Assembly (NCBI RefSeq): GCF_004010195.1
Contig: NC_057717.1
Coordinates: forward strand, 102,855,676 to 102,919,675
Reading direction: 5' to 3'
Length of the DNA: 64,000 nt
Source: Chiloscyllium plagiosum
Lineage: Eukaryota
Shown here: positions 12,314-26,015 of the stretch, piece after piece
How the letters are laid out: each line of letters opens with the position of its first letter
Numbering within the stretch: position 1 is the stretch's first letter
The notes under the pieces: generated by a model
Seen by the model: the letters and a program-made list of their open reading frames with translations, nothing else
Told to the model about the DNA's origin: nothing
The model's database searches: none
Program-made: the position numbers and the translations under genes

Positions 12314-13178
12314 AGAGTCATAGAGATGTACAGCATGGAAACAGACCCTTCGGTCCAACCCGTCCATGCCGACCAGATACTCCAACCCAATCTAGTCCCA
12401 CCTGCCAGCACCCGGCCCATATCCCTCCAAATTCTTCCTATTCATATACCCATCTAAATGCCTCTTAAATGTTGCAATTGTACCAGCCTCCACCACATCC
12501 TCTGGCAGCTCATTCCATACACATATCACCTTCTGCATGAAAAAGTTGCCCCTTAGGTCTCTTTTATATCTTTCCCCTCTCACCCTAAACCTATGCCGTC
12601 TAGTTCTGGACTCCCCGACCCCAGGGAGAAGACTTTGCCTATTTATTCTATCCATGCCCCTCATAATTTTGTAAACCTCTATAAGGTCACCCCTCAGCCT
12701 CCGACGCTCCAGGGAAAACTGCCCCAGCCTGTTCAGCTGCTTCCTGTAGCTCAGATCCTCCAACCCTGGCAACATCCTTGTAAATCTTTTCTGAACCCCT
12801 TCAAGTTTTGCAACATCTTTCCGATAGGAAGGAGACCAGAATTGCATGCAATATTCCAACAGTGGCCTAACCAATGTCCTGTACAGCCGCAACATGACCT
12901 CCCAACTCCTGTAATCAAAACCCTGACCAATAAAGGAAAGCATACCAAACGCCTTCTTCACTACCCTATCTACCTGCGACTCCACTTTCAAGGAGCTATG
13001 AACTTGCACTCCAAGATCTCTTTGTTCAGCAACACTCCCTAGGACCCTACCATTTAGTGTATAAGTCCTGCGAAGATTTGCTTTCCCAAAATGCAGCACC
13101 TCACATTTATCTGAATTAAACTCCATCTGCCACTTCTCAGCCCATTGGCCCATCTGGTCTAAATCCTGTTGTAATCTG
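12314..13178 (-). mobile_element. Young CR1 (HER1-like) LINE 3' fragment nested in the older CR1
   Basis: Uninterrupted 253-aa RT C-terminal ORF 12392-13153 and agagtcatagag tail. Confidence 0.95.
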
Positions 13179-13179
13179 A

Positions 13180-13305
13180 TTGCTATAAATTCGGTGTCTT
13201 ACAATCTTATACTCCACAACCACCTGATGAAGGAGCAGTGTTCCGAAATCTAGTGCTTCCAGTTAAACCTGTTGGGCTATAACCTGGTGTTGTGTGATTT
13301 TTAAC
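13180..13305 (+). mobile_element. Penelope-like family A arm with hammerhead motif
   Basis: CTGATGA at 13224, stem GGAGC/GTTCC, GAAATCTA (one substitution versus GAAAGCTA). Confidence 0.8.
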
Positions 13306-14184
13306 TTTCCTTGAGATCCACCATCTCCCTGATTTTCCCAGTCCACCTGCATGCTGAAGTCCCTGTGTCTTTTGTAATGCTGCCTTCCTCCCATGTCTTT
13401 TCCATCCCCAGCTTTATTTTCTTCCCCGTACCCTGGCTACTGGTAGGAAGCCTGTACCCCACTCCTTTTAGGGTCTTTTTTTTCCTTTGAGGTTCCTCAA
13501 CCCTCACAGATTCTATGCTTTTCAACTTCAATTTTTGCTGTTGATTTAATATCATTTCTCTCTAACAAAGCAAATCTGTCACAACTGTCCATCTGCCTGT
13601 GCTTCCTGGATCCCCTGCCTGCCCTTCCCATCCTCTGCTTCTGAAGGCAGTAATTGTTAAAATGAGTGCGTGTGTTCCACACTGGACGCATGTAGATTCA
13701 ACCCTCCTGCCAATTTCAGGAGCATTGGCTGGAGATTTGCCAGTCTGGTGATGGGTCTACCCGTAGCTTCAGCCACCCACACAGCCGACTTGAACAGAAA
13801 TGCCTCTCTGTCTTGGTGACCCCAGAATGAACTGCCAAGGTTCTGCAGGGAGGCAGTGTCTGACTGTGGAGGGGGGTTCATCCAGCAGTCATAGCCATGG
13901 GGAAACAGTTCGAGATTCCAAATCAAACTTTCAGTGTCAGAATGAGAACCCCCCCCCCCCACAACCCCTCACCCAATCCGGCCCATTTCACTGTCAGGCT
14001 CCAGAGGGAGACAAGGAACATCAAGTAACCACTTCTGTGTGTGTGTGTCTATGTGTGTATCTCTCTCTCTTTATGTCTGCAAGTGTTTGTTTATGTGAGA
14101 GGGAGAGTGTGTGTGTCTGTATGTATGCATGTGTGAGTTGCTTGCCTTGAATTGTTTAACTCTCTGTTTGCTTCCATTGCTTAG

Positions 14185-14238
14185 GGTCCTCCTGGCATGC
14201 CTGGTCTCCGGGGTGTTCAAGGATTAAAAGGTGACAAG
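14185..14238 (+). CDS. col5a3: Collagen exon (54 bp): GPPGMPGLRGVQGLKGDK
   Basis: gcttag / gtgggt; ends in the Lys of the KGH cross-link motif. Confidence 0.93.
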
Positions 14239-14997
14239 GTGGGTAAACTTCAGGCCTGTTGGAGAGATGCTGGGCCAATGACAAACAATTGCCTGTTTTT
14301 TTTTTCCCAATCTCTTCAGTTGTTGCACTGGACTCTGGAATCACATTTCCATTTACCCCAGCTTGTCTGAATGACCATCAGTGGTGATGTGATACACATG
14401 TGGACACAGGGGTCCCTCAGGGGGGTTTTGGCCAGGGGGAAAGCAGCACATAAGATTGTCAAATGGCCATCCCACCTATATCTTGCCCAGCCCAGCAACT
14501 TCTTCCCCATGATGTTGAGGGGCACTGGCCTGTGTATTAATACTCTGGCATCTTGAGGGTCCTAAGTGGCTAATTATTGCCCCTGTTCAGCCCCTCAATC
14601 CCCCTCCACAGCTGTAACACACTAAATAGTGGCAGATGGGCTGGAATATGAAGGCTGTTCTCTTGGCAAATGGGAGACATGGCATGGGGAGCCCTTTACC
14701 CTCCCCATCTTTGTTCTTCCCCATCTGGCCTCCAAATCCTACTTTGTTGACCCTCCTCGATCCCCTGCCTTCCTGCTTTAAAAACCTAGCACTTGGCTGC
14801 ATCCAGATCCCATTGAGGATCTTCCTGGATCTCCTGTGGTCCCATTGCTGAGCTCTGGTGCTGCTTGATCCACTGAGGGGTGGGGGATAATCCTCTGCTG
14901 TTCTAACCACCGTCTACAGTTGATGAGTTTGGAAATGATCAGAAGTGTGCAGTTACCCTCCCCAGTCCCTTCAAATCCTGCCCAGACCTATACAATT

Positions 14998-15360
14998 GTA
15001 CACACACACACACTGTACATGCACCCACACACAAAACCACACACACACATGCTCATATGTACACGAAAATACACACACCCATACAAACCACCCGCGTATG
15101 CACGTGCAACCACATGTAAAAACATAAGCAAATATGCAATTAAGTACATTTGCATGTGCACATACCTAATCGTGCATCCACAAACAGACACACACACACA
15201 CTCACTTACATGCACACACTTTTTCGCACATACACTCTCTCAAACACATACTCTCTCACACACACACACATGCAAACAGATGCACACACTCGCGCACACA
15301 CGTACACACACAAACGCACACACACATGTACACACGCACATGTATACACACACACACACA
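14998..15360. repeat. Imperfect (CA)n-rich microsatellite region
   Basis: Read directly. Confidence 0.92.
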
Positions 15361-15696
15361 TTTTAATTCATTGATTACCACTGAAGGGCTTCACCAAGTG
15401 CAGTAACTGAAAAACTCAAGGTTACTCCAAAGGAACCCACTTTCTACCCTGATAATGTTGGAGGGACGGTTGCTGTTTTAAAACATATCCTGTGATGGAA
15501 TTTCGAGTTGCCATAACTCCGAGTGAAAGTGACCAAAAGCCGCAGTGAACTGGATGGTCAGTTCATCAGAGAATCAGTCTGGTGATTGAGCAGGATCACG
15601 TGGGAAACTCACTGAGCTCCAAGCATTTCAGATGGCGACTGGTGCATTGGCAATGTTCTCACTCTCATGTTGTTCTTCCCTGTTTCACTTCTTTAG

Positions 15697-15804
15697 GGGC
15701 ACATTGGATTAATCGGTTTAATAGGGCCTCCTGGTGAGATGGGTGAGAAGGGAGATCGTGGCCTTCCAGGAATCCAAGGGGTACAAGGCACCAAGGGGGA
15801 TGTG
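15697..15804 (+). CDS. col5a3: Collagen exon (108 bp): [36 protein letters not shown]
   Basis: ctttag / gttagt; [16 protein letters not shown] is the clade-B signature; GHIG (rather than GHPG as in alpha1(V) and alpha(XI)) matches alpha3(V) as I recall it. Confidence 0.95.
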
Positions 15805-17927
15805 GTTAGTACAAGCAGCACACAGTGATTGCAATTAATAATTCAGACCTATGGCCTTTATTTTCCAGGAAATATCCCCTGATATTGGGAGTGAGAACCA
15901 CTGATGCTAACTGCTTCTAGAGAGTGTTGCATTCTGGGACAGAGCAGTAACTATACTTTTCAAAAAGAAAATATCAAGATCTCAGTTATTTATTGAAAGA
16001 ATGAAACCTTCTACCATTTAAAACAGAACAAGTTTAACTTTACAAGAGTCAAACAAGCATACATCAAAAAATATCTAAACCTTCTTTTACTCTAAAACCC
16101 AGACTCCACCTAAGTTTTTAAAAATTATTTGACAGGCAAATTGCAAGTCACTCATAAACTATAGAACAAATATTAAATGCCAGGTACAACTAAGGCAGAC
16201 CTTATGGAATGGTTTGACAGTTCACTCAGTGTAGAAATCATCAATCACAATCATATGGTCCTTTATAGCTCAGCCTCCCTCATAAAGAATTTCAGTTCCT
16301 CTTCGAGGATATAACCCAAATCCCAGCTGATAGAAGCACAAACCGACCTATAATCCATAGACAATCAGCAGCAGAAATACACACACCCACAGAGCCTCCT
16401 CTACTCTGCCTATGGTGCTCTGGATGATCTTAATCCATTCATTATCTTCAATTAATGGAAACCATATCTTTGCCTATTCACAGCTTCAGGTAGCGACCTT
16501 TATCTTCATCAGTCTCCTTGTACTGCACCACTGTACTCATCAGCTACACCTGAACTGGGGCAGTGTTCTGTCCTCTTTATTCCTCTTTATACATTACAGC
16601 AAGTTTGTTTCCCCAGAAGTGTTGGTTTCTGAAATAGCTGCACATGGGCTGCTATCCCAAGTCACCCTTTATTTAATTGTGCACAGTACTATGGCCAGTC
16701 AGCTCAGAGCCAGTCCCTAAAGTGAGGAGATTCTGAATCTCATAGAAACATAGGAGAAAGGAGGAAGAGGAGGCCATTCGGCCCTATGAGCCTCCTCTGC
16801 TATTCATCACGATCATGGCTGACCGCCCAACTCAATAGCCTAATCCTGCTTTCTCCCCATAACTTGATCCCATTCATCCCAAGTGCCACATCTAGCCACT
16901 TCTTGAATACATTCAATGTATGCTGTTTATTTCTTTTATGCATTTAACTTTTAATGAATCTTAAATTGCACAATGAAAATGTTCGCTCTTGCTCCTCAAC
17001 AACTTACAGGAAATGCATATATCCAACAAGTTGCTACAAATAAGGTGGTCTAATACAATATAAATATAAAATGTGGATAAATTAATTTAATAACAATATG
17101 TTCCAATTAAAGTCAAGTAGGAAACACACTGGACAGTGGAATCTTCCGAGTAAAGCATGGTATCAAATCAATGCAGGTCTCAAATAGGCAATGATAATAT
17201 TCACAGTTATTGTTAACTTTTCAAAATAAATATGTCTGTGCTAAAGGCTGCATTTTTGTTGCACTACAGATCGTTTATAAGCTGAGATGTATATCCAGAT
17301 ATAAGTGCAGACATGAAAGTTTGTATTCTGTTTATAGGGCTCCCTGATTGACCCAAACAAACAATCCCAATCAATAAGGTCCACCTGGTTCCAATCACTA
17401 CAGTTTCCAACCTCAGGTTCAGTCTTCATATCTCTAGGAACCTTAAAGGGTCACCTGCTTTTCCTAGTTTCCCTTTTCGGTTTCTCTTTCCCCCTTTTCT
17501 CTTTACACTTAGGATCCAATTGAAAAATAAAATACAAGCTTTGAAACGAGGGTTGAACGGCCAGGGCTGATTGATAAGGAGATACCAATTCAGTTGAGGG
17601 CAATGACCTATGTTTGGGCACCAGTTCTCCTCTGCTCACTGCTGTGTTCAGAGAGTGTAGACTATGCTTTATGTGCTTTCTGGTCTTGAAGACGACTTCC
17701 TCAATACATTCTCCTCATGCAAAGTATCTAGTTTATGTTTCGCAGAGAGCCAGGCAGTTCAGCTTCCTCAAGGAGGGAGATAATGTGCAGTAAAGTTCCA
17801 AAATGTCTGTCGGTCTTACTGTCAGCTCTCAGTTTATCTTTGCAAGTATCTTTGAGCGGTCCTACAGATGATACTACCTCAGCTTGTGATTTGATTCATA
17901 ACTTAACCTTTTTTCTACCTGTTTTAG

Positions 17928-17981
17928 GGTCTTGCAGGTTTGAGTGGTCCCATAGGCCCGCCTGGATCTCCTGGTTTACCA
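17928..17981 (+). CDS. col5a3: Collagen exon (54 bp): GLAGLSGPIGPPGSPGLP
   Basis: ttttag / gtaagt, Gly-X-Y. Confidence 0.93.
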
Positions 17982-18496
17982 GTAAGTAGACAGACTCTTG
18001 TCTCCCTCAGAATGCAGATCTACCAACTTTGCATTCCACTCCCTTCCGTTGCCCACTCCTCAACTTTCTGCTTTTACCTCAGACCTCAGGTGGGGAGGTG
18101 GGTGGCAATGTCACCTGACTGGTAAATCAGAAACCCCATGTTCTGGGGATGCGGGCTCAAATCTCACCAGGTTGATGGAGGAATTAGAATTCCATAAAAG
18201 GATGGCCAGATGGGGACCATGCGCTATTGTTTAAAAGCCCACCTGGTTCACTAATTCCTCTTTAGGGAAGAGAATCTGCCATCCTTACCTGCTCTGGCCC
18301 ATGTATGAGTCATCTGGTTCACTCTTAACTACCCTCTAGGCACTTAGAGATGGACAATGAATGAAACAAGATTGCTGCCAGCATCCCACGAACATTAAGT
18401 TGTCTCGATTGTACTTAGCGCAGGAATATTCTGGAACATTGATTTTCCGAATTAATTATTGACTAAACGTCTTCCTCCCTGTTCTGTTTGATTCAG

Positions 18497-18532
18497 GGTC
18501 AACAGGGTTCAAAAGGTTCGAAGGGTTCTGAA
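18497..18532 (+). CDS. col5a3: Collagen exon (36 bp): GQQGSKGSKGSE
   Basis: attcag / gtaagt; a 36-bp exon at this position is characteristic of type V/XI genes. Confidence 0.92.
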
Positions 18533-18641
18533 GTAAGTAGTTTGACTGACGATCTCATTGGTCTCCATGATGGATGAATTTGTGCACTGTCCATTCCTGG
18601 TCCTTGTACTGACCATCGCGTGCTCTCTCTCTCCTTTGCAG

Positions 18642-18695
18642 GGACCAATGGGATTCAAAGGTGACACAGGACCCCCAGGCCTCCCTGGTCCACCT
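18642..18695 (+). CDS. col5a3: Collagen exon (54 bp): GPMGFKGDTGPPGLPGPP
   Basis: ttgcag / gtaagc, Gly-X-Y. Confidence 0.94.
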
Positions 18696-19967
18696 GTAAG
18701 CATTGTTTCTTGTTGACAGGGTGGGGGAGTTGGAGGAACGCAGGAGGGATGTGGTGGGCTGGGGAGTGGGCAGTGGGAGTGGGAGCTGTGAGAGGTACCC
18801 GGGCTCTTTCTGAGTCACAGTGGGTGGAACTGGCATCGCCACCCAAATACTTCACGTGTTGGCGATACCCTTCTGGGCGTAGACCTTTCTGGCAGGCGAT
18901 AGAGGGTGTACAGCGCAGACAAAGGCCCTTCAGCCCATTGACTCTGCACTGACCAGCTCACTATTCCAATTCCATTTTCCATCAAATAGTCCCAGAAATG
19001 TATAAGGATTTTAAGAGTTTTTTTGTCCATTTGGAGATCATTAGATGCCCATTCTTCATCAGATGGCTACAAACACCTGCTGTGTCCATCACATCCCTGA
19101 GTTGGGATTTGAACCCAAGCCTCACAGTCCAGAGGTAGGGACATTACCACTGAACCACACAATCCAGTCGATAGTTTGGACTTTCAATAATTGAGCATTT
19201 TTTGCAAGGTGACAAAAAGGCCATACCGAATTTTTTGTTACTCCTGGGAAATCTTCAAAGATTGACGAATTGCTTATAGCTTTACCTTTCCGACTTGGAA
19301 ATATATCACCGTTCCATCAGTGTCACTGGGTCAAAATCCTGGAATTCCCTCCCTAAGGGCATTGTGGGTCAACCCAAAGCAGGTGGACTGCAGCGGTTCA
19401 AGAAGGTAGCTCACCACCCACCTTCTCATGTGGCAACTAGGGACAGGCAATAAATGCTGGATGTCCATGCCCTGTGAATGATCAGAAAAAGAAAACTTAT
19501 TTCTCTGAGTTGCCTTTGTTTCTTATGGCCATTACTTTATGCCAGTGTCCTGTGATTGTCCACCTTTCTACCCTCGGGAGCAGCCCAATCTGGACCATCT
19601 CACCATTAACCAGTCAGTCACTGCTTCTGATGTCTCTCATTGCTGAGACCATTCACCTGAATCTTTTCTGTGATCTCTATCGTAGAGAGTCTTAGAGTTA
19701 AAACATGGGAGCAGCCTCTTAAGCTCATCCTGTTCACTCCAGCTATCAAACATCAATGTATTGTAACCCCATATTCCAGCACCTCACCAGTAAACATGGT
19801 ATTTAAAGATGCAATTATATCCCAAAGGTGTGGTGCCCAGAATTAGACATGGCCATTCCAGTGGTTTATGAAGGTTCATTGTAACTTCCTGCATTTATAA
19901 AGCCCATATACCTGATCAACTGCTTTCTCAACCTCTCACAGATTATCACATTACCATATGATAATGT

Positions 19968-20295
19968 GAACAGAGGCCATTTGGCCCATTGGGTCCATAT
20001 TCACCCTCCGAAGATCATCCCAGCCAGACCTAACCCCCACCCTATCCCTGTAACCCTACATTCCCCATGGCTAACACACCTAACCTGCACATCATAGTCA
20101 ATTTAGCCTTGCCAATCCACCCTAACCTGCACATCTTTGGACTGGGGGAGGAAAGTGGAAGCACTTGAAGGGAGCCCACCCAGACACCGGGAGAATGTGC
20201 AAACTCCACACAGACAGTCGCCAGAGGCTGGAATCGAACCTGGGTCCCTGGCACTGTGAGGCAGCAATGCTAACCACTGAGCCACCATGCTGCCC
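19968..20295 (-). mobile_element. HE1-type (V-SINE) tRNA-derived SINE
   Basis: A-box TGGCTCAGTGG, B-box GGTTCGATTCC, core GTGTGGAGTTTGCACATTCTCCC and CR1-like tail on the minus strand. Confidence 0.9.
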
Positions 20296-20471
20296 ATCCT
20301 ACCATCTTCAGTGATGTGTGTGTGAATGACCGCAGTGCTTCCTGCTCCTGCAACTCCTTCAGAATGATATCAGTTTTTGTATTCAGCCTCTCCTCAGTCT
20401 CCTGACAAAATCTATCACTTCCCACTTCTCTGCATTCAATGTTGTCTGTCACATGTTTCTGTCCTGGCCAG

Positions 20472-20721
20472 GGTCCACCAGCTGAGATAATACAGCCGCT
20501 GCCGATATACAGGTCAAAGACAAGAAGGCATGTTGAGACTGAGCAAGCCGACAATGCCGGGGGGAGTCCCCTTGACTACACAGAAGGGATGGAGGAGGTC
20601 TTCGGCGCCCTATCGTCACTGAAAGATGAGGTGGAGCAGATGAGGCGTCCAGTGGGGACGCAGAGTAACCCTGGCCGAACTTGTAAGGAGCTCCAACTCT
20701 GTCATCCACACTTCAAGGACG
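20472..20721 (+). CDS. col5a3: Junction exon (250 bp): helix end, C-telopeptide, basic RSKTRR convertase site and start of C-propeptide ([12 protein letters not shown]...[18 protein letters not shown])
   Basis: ggccag / gtaagt, phase-1 end; COLFI domain N-terminal motifs. Confidence 0.96.
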
Positions 20722-20770
20722 GTAAGTTAACGCGGAGGGAAACTCTTCAATACATGAAGCTCTCTTTCTC

Positions 20771-21404
20771 TGTGACAATGCTGTGGCTTTAAGAGATTAC
20801 TTTGTCTTGGTTTTATTTTGAAGAGAGTTTGTAAGGCAGAGGTGATGAGCAGTCTACCAAAAGCAGTGAACATCTTGTGACATCTTGGAATTCTTTTTTA
20901 AAAGTTGGAATAATAGAAGCTGGGTGTGACCAGCTCTCACAGACCAGGATTTCTAAGGGTTTATTTTCTGTTTTTATGTTTAGGGCTTTAAACAGTTGCT
21001 GTTGTGGGCTTGAATAGGTGAAAGCTATTTGCCCTTTTTCATTTACAGCCAAAAGCTGGACTGTTGGATTACATTTGAGAAAAAATCTGTTTTTCTGAGT
21101 TTGCCTGTTTGCCAAGGGGTGTATTATGGGATGTTACTAGATTGGACCAGTTCATTAGTAATAGTTACTGTATCTATTATTCTGTTAAGTTTTCCAATAG
21201 ACTTAAGTTATTCTAAATTCCTCTTTCTTTGGTTATATTTTAATTACAGTGTTTACAGAAATTGTGCTTTATTTAATGTCAAGTAGTTTGATCAGTTACA
21301 TCACATGGGAACAGACACCTTACAGTTGCCTTAAAAATAAGAAAAGATTAGGGTCTAGGCTACCTTCCTAAAATATTTTGAGGTGATTTGGTTGGTCCAT
21401 AACA
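20771..21404 (+). mobile_element. Probable solo LTR
   Basis: TG...CA ends (TGTGAC...CCATAACA); colinear second copy at ~58290-58900; no clear target-site duplication. Confidence 0.55.
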
Positions 21405-21597
21405 TTTTGTATTGCACTGTCTCATCAGCTCCGCTGCACACCTTGTTTGATGACAGGTAGGGTTCTCAGCAGTAAACCCTTCCTTGAACATCACTGTCAA
21501 AACAGACATGACATCAAAGCTTTATACTTTACACTCATCAGGACACAAGCAAGAATTCCAAATTTCAAAGGGAACAACAATTTACACACATTCAATT

Positions 21598-22400
21598 AGA
21601 GTCATAGAGACATAGAGATGTACAGCATGGAAACAGATCCTTCGGTCCAACCCATCCATGCCAACCAGATATCCTAACCCAATCTAGTCCCACTTGCCAG
21701 CACCTGGCCCATATCCCTCCAAACCCTTCCTATTCATNNNNNNNNNNNNNNNNNNNNNNNNNNNNNNNNNNNNNNNNNNNNNNNNNNNNNNNNNNNNNNN
21801 NNNNNNNNNNNNNNNNNNNNNNNNNNNNNNNNNNNNNNNNNNNNNNNNNNNNNNNNNNNNNNNNNNNNNNNNNNNNNNNNAGACCAGAATTGCACGCAAT
21901 ATTCCAACAGTGGCCTAACCAATGTCCTGTACTGCCGCAACATGACGTCCCAATTTCTGTACTCAATACCCTGACCAATAAAAGAAAGCATACCAAATGC
22001 CGTCTTCACTATCTTATCTACCTGCGACTCCACTTTCAAGGAGCTATGAACCTGCACTCCAAGGTCTCTTTGTTCAGCAACACTCCCTAGGACCTTACCA
22101 TTAAGTGCATAAGTCCTGCTAAGATTTGCTTTCCCAAAACGCAGCACCTGGCATTTATCTGAATTAAACTCCATCTGCCACTTCTCAGCCCATTGGCCCA
22201 TCTGATCAAGATCCTGTTGTAATCTGAGGTAACCCTCTTCACTGTTCACTACACCTCCAATTTTGGTGTCATCTGCAAATTTACTAACTGTATCTCTTAT
22301 GCTCGCATCCAAATCATTTACATAAATGACGAAAGGTAGAGGACCCAGGACCAATCCTTGTGGCACTCCACTGGTCACAGGCCTCCAGACTGAAAAATTC
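21598..22400 (-). mobile_element. Young CR1 LINE fragment spanning the assembly gap
   Basis: VTSGVPQG.VLGP and FADDTK RT motifs in ORF 21734-22456. Confidence 0.95.
21738..21880. other. Assembly gap (143 N)
   Basis: Run of n. Confidence 1.
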
Positions 22401-23214
22401 TTACCTGATGGATGAAGGATTAAAGGCTTTGATGTTCTGTCTGTTCCCTTCAACAAGACTCTGCTTCTGTGTTACCATGTAGCTAAACCTGTTCCCTGTA
22501 AATCCCTCTCCGCCCTGTTTGGTGTTGTCTCCGATGCCTTTCCCGAAAGGTGTTGGCTGGCTTTGCTGGTGTCCAGCAACAGCCTCTGATGTTGTGGTCA
22601 TTGGGTTGAGCTGAGGAAGTGATGGTCAGTGGGTCATGTGGCATTCTTACAGCTGGCACGTAACTAATGTGGTTGGTCATTTAACCACATGGGTCATTTA
22701 ACCAACTGCTCGATCGATGAGCTGCAAAACAACCCATGGCTTCCAACAAATAAATCGATGCATTGTTCAGACCTACTATGCTGTACAAAGGTCTGGTGCC
22801 ATGAACTCATCAACCTGAAAAAAACTCTTCCAAGGCTGCATCCAATCAGCAATCGGCCCTTATTCACAAATGCATTGTCTTTGACTAGAACTCTGAGTCA
22901 GGTATTATTGGGGCTCCATATCCCTGATACTCACCCTTTTAATGTTAACCAGGCTCCCTGATTGGTCTAGATTAACAGCCCCAATCAGGGAACTCAGATT
23001 CTCTGAGGTGCAACTGACCGACCTTGTTACAATCAGTACAAAGCCATTACGCCATAGAAGGAGACCATTCTGCCCATTAGATGTGCACTGGCTCTTTCAG
23101 GAAGCAACCGTTCAACCACTTTGCTCTTTCTCCACACCCTCGATTTTTTTCCTCCAAATACTTCACCTCTTGGAAATGACCACGGACTCTGTCATCTCCA
23201 GGCAGCTCCTTCCC

Positions 23215-23512
23215 AGAGTACAAAACTAGAGGGTATAGGTTCAGGGTGAGATGGGAAAAGTTTGAAAGGGACCTGAGGAGCAATGTTTTCACGCAGAGGG
23301 TGGTGTGTGTATGGAATGAGCTGCCAGAGGAACTGGTAGAGGTTGGTACAATTACAATATTTAAAAGGCATCTGGGTGGGTACATGAATAGGAAGGGTTT
23401 GGAGGGATGTGGGCCAAGTGCTGGCAAATGGGACTAGATTAAGTTAGGATATCTAGTTGGCATGGATGAGTTTGACCACAGGGTCTGTTTCTGTGCTGTA
23501 CATCTCTGACTC
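23215..23512 (+). mobile_element. CR1 LINE 3' end
   Basis: FTQRVV.VWNELPEE...FKRHL and 3'UTR. Confidence 0.9.
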
Positions 23513-24005
23513 TGTAACAGCGGGGAAGAAGCTGTTCTTGAGTCTGTTGGTACATGTATTTAAGTTTTTGTATCTTCGGCCTGATGGAAGAAGTTGGAAG
23601 AGAGTATAACCAGGGTGCGAGGGGTCTTTAATTATGTTGGTTGCTTTCCCGAGGCAGTGGGAAGTGTAGATGGAGTCAGTGGATGGAAGGTTGGTTTCTG
23701 TGGTGGACTGGGTTGTGTTCACAACTCTCCCTCGTTCCTCATGGTCCTGGGCTGAGCAGTTGCCGTACTAAACTGCAATGCATACGGGTAAGATACTTTC
23801 TATGTTGCATCTATAAAAATTGGTAAGAGTGCTGAATTTCCTTAGCCTCCTAAGTAGTTGTTGTGCTTTCCTGATCATAATGTCAATGTAGGTGAACCAG
23901 GACAGATTGTTAGTGATCATATCCCCTAGAAACTTGACCCTCTTGACCATCTCCACCTCAGCACAATCGATGGAGATAGGAACATGCCCTCCACTCTGTT
24001 TCTTC
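23513..24005 (-). mobile_element. Rex1/Babar-type LINE RT C-terminal fragment
   Basis: KFLG..IT.NLSW..ID...KAQQ...LRRLRKF..L.NFYRC.IESIL and IIKDPSHPG..LF.LLPSGRRY...RLKNSFFPA; related fragments at ~28255-28550 and 46620-47080. Confidence 0.8.
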
Positions 24006-25149
24006 AAGTAATTAAGATTCTAATCAGCCATTGTCCAATTGATGGTTATTCCTTGTTTTCACTTCTCTGGCTCCTTTACCAATTATTTTAAACCTGCTCT
24101 CCAAACCCAGTGATCTCTGACTAGCAACGTTCCCCTTTATCTAAACTCTTCAGCATTTTAATCTCCTCTCTCAAGCCCCCTCTGAGCTCTCTTGAAAGCT
24201 CGATTTCAGTCCATTGATGCGACTTGAACATTTGGTCTGTAAAAACATTGCTGTGGTGATGAACAGGATATATTATTTTCCCCACTGTACAATTTTCTAA
24301 GGTATCTGCTTGTTGGTCTGTCTGACTGACACATTGGCTGTATCAATTGGAAATACACTTCCCTCCTTTGTCTTTGATCCTAGCCTCATGGGATCGTATA
24401 AAAAGACACACAAAAGAAATGTTCATCTACCTCAAAGGTTGTTGTGATTGAGTTGTCACGGTTACTTGAGAGCATTTACGCCTCTGGGTTTCATGTCTGA
24501 CACCAAGGCTTGGTAACATACCAACCATCAGTCAAGTTATCTTTCCCTTGAAATGTTCTCACTTGCTAATTCATTTGTGAAGTTATAATAAGGGGTTGAG
24601 ATCAAACATCTCTCCTCGACTCCATTCTGCAAATTTATTAATCATTCCTGACGTGGCTGCGGAGTAAATTGTAATTTATTGTAATATTTATAAGATTGTA
24701 ATATTTAAGAGGGAGTTGGATCGGTGCTTAGAGGGAATGATTGAAAGGCTTGAAGGAGAGAGTGGGAGGAATGGGGGTGGGGAAGGGAGACATTGGGGGA
24801 GAGAGGGTGGGTAGGGATTATGGAGGGATGGGATGGGGGAGAGGGAGGGGTGGTGTTGAAAGTGAAATGCTGGGTGTGGGTGAAGCAGGCGATTCAGATT
24901 AAATTTAAAATATCAAAATTGAGAAATAAACCCAACCAGACACTAAAATGAAAGAATACTGTAAACCTGAAATGAACACGGGGAATGTTGGAGAGTCTCA
25001 GCAGGTCTGGCAGCATCTGAGGAGAGATTAACAAAGTTAACGTTTCGAGTACAGTGACGCTTCTTCGAAACTCGTTCAGTCATAAAGGACAAATGGCATT
25101 TGGAGAAGACCTTTTGACACAAAGTGTTAATTCTATGTTTGGTATAACT

Positions 25150-25290
25150 CTGATGTGGAGGTGCCGGTGTTGGACTGGGGTGTACAACATCAGATATCAG
25201 ATGATACCTGACGAAGGCGCAGCACTCTGAAAGCGCTGATTTCAAATGAATCTGTTGGACTATAACCTGGTGTTGTCTGACTTCTGACCA
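25150..25290. mobile_element. Decayed Penelope-like family A insertion
   Basis: Inverted tail plus CTGACGA...GAAAGC arm; ggtataa on both flanks. Confidence 0.65.
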
Positions 25291-25905
25291 GGTATAAATG
25301 CGACCAGCAGGGCATTACTCCCCACTCGCTTCCACCCACTCTCCTTCCCTCCCTCCTCATTCCAGTTTTGTTAGGGGTCCATGATGCCACTACACTCAAT
25401 TAAATGATGCCATGGTATCACACATAATCACAATCACCTCGCCTCTTAAATTCAACTCTTTTGTTCAAGTAATGAGATCAGGAGCAGAGTGTCCCTGGTG
25501 GAACCCGCACCTAGAACTGAAGAACAAGTTAGTGCTGAGTAAGTGCCCCTTCCCTTGCTTTGCTGATTGTATTTTATATTCATTCACGGGATATAGGCAT
25601 CACTGGCCAGGCCAGTCTTTATTACTTTTAATACATGTATTTCTTATTAGTTAAGAGATGGTGAAATCAAGTGGATCATATAGGAGTCACCTGTAGGCCA
25701 GACCGGGTAAAGATGTCAGTTTCCTTCCCTAAAGGAGATTAGTGAACCAGATGGGTTTCTCCAACAATCAATTCATGGTCACCATTAGACTGCTCATTCC
25801 AGATATTTATTGAATTCAAATTCCACCATCTGCCGTGTCAGGATTCGAACCCACGTCCCCAGGACATTACCAGGGGTTCAGGATTAATAGGCGAGCGATA
25901 ATGCC

Positions 25906-26015
25906 CGAAACGTCGATTTTCCAGCTCCTCGGATGCTGCCTGAACTGCTGTGCTTTTCCAGCACCACTCTAATCTAGAATCTGGTTTCCAGCATCTGCAG
26001 TCGTTGTTTTTACCT
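25906..26015 (+). mobile_element. 5'-truncated Penelope-like family B end inserted in SINE family 2
   Basis: 12-bp duplication AGCGATAATGCC at 25894-25905 and 26016-26027. Confidence 0.8.

Larger units (their letters stand above)
9940..13570 (-). mobile_element. Long decayed CR1 LINE (part of endonuclease, linker and RT) with nested insertions
   Basis: ORF remnants VGYRLP, DLVMCNE...EPLGDSDH, ELNRYFASVF, VPEDWKMANV.PLFK; 3'UTR at ~9940-10100. Confidence 0.88.

Noticed and set aside
12392..13153. 253-aa intact ORF as a host gene
   Set aside because: 5'-truncated CR1 reverse transcriptase C-terminus with near-identical copies in the window.
22400..23040. Possible Gypsy internal fragment plus LTR
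   Set aside because: No convincing protein motif or boundaries readable by eye.
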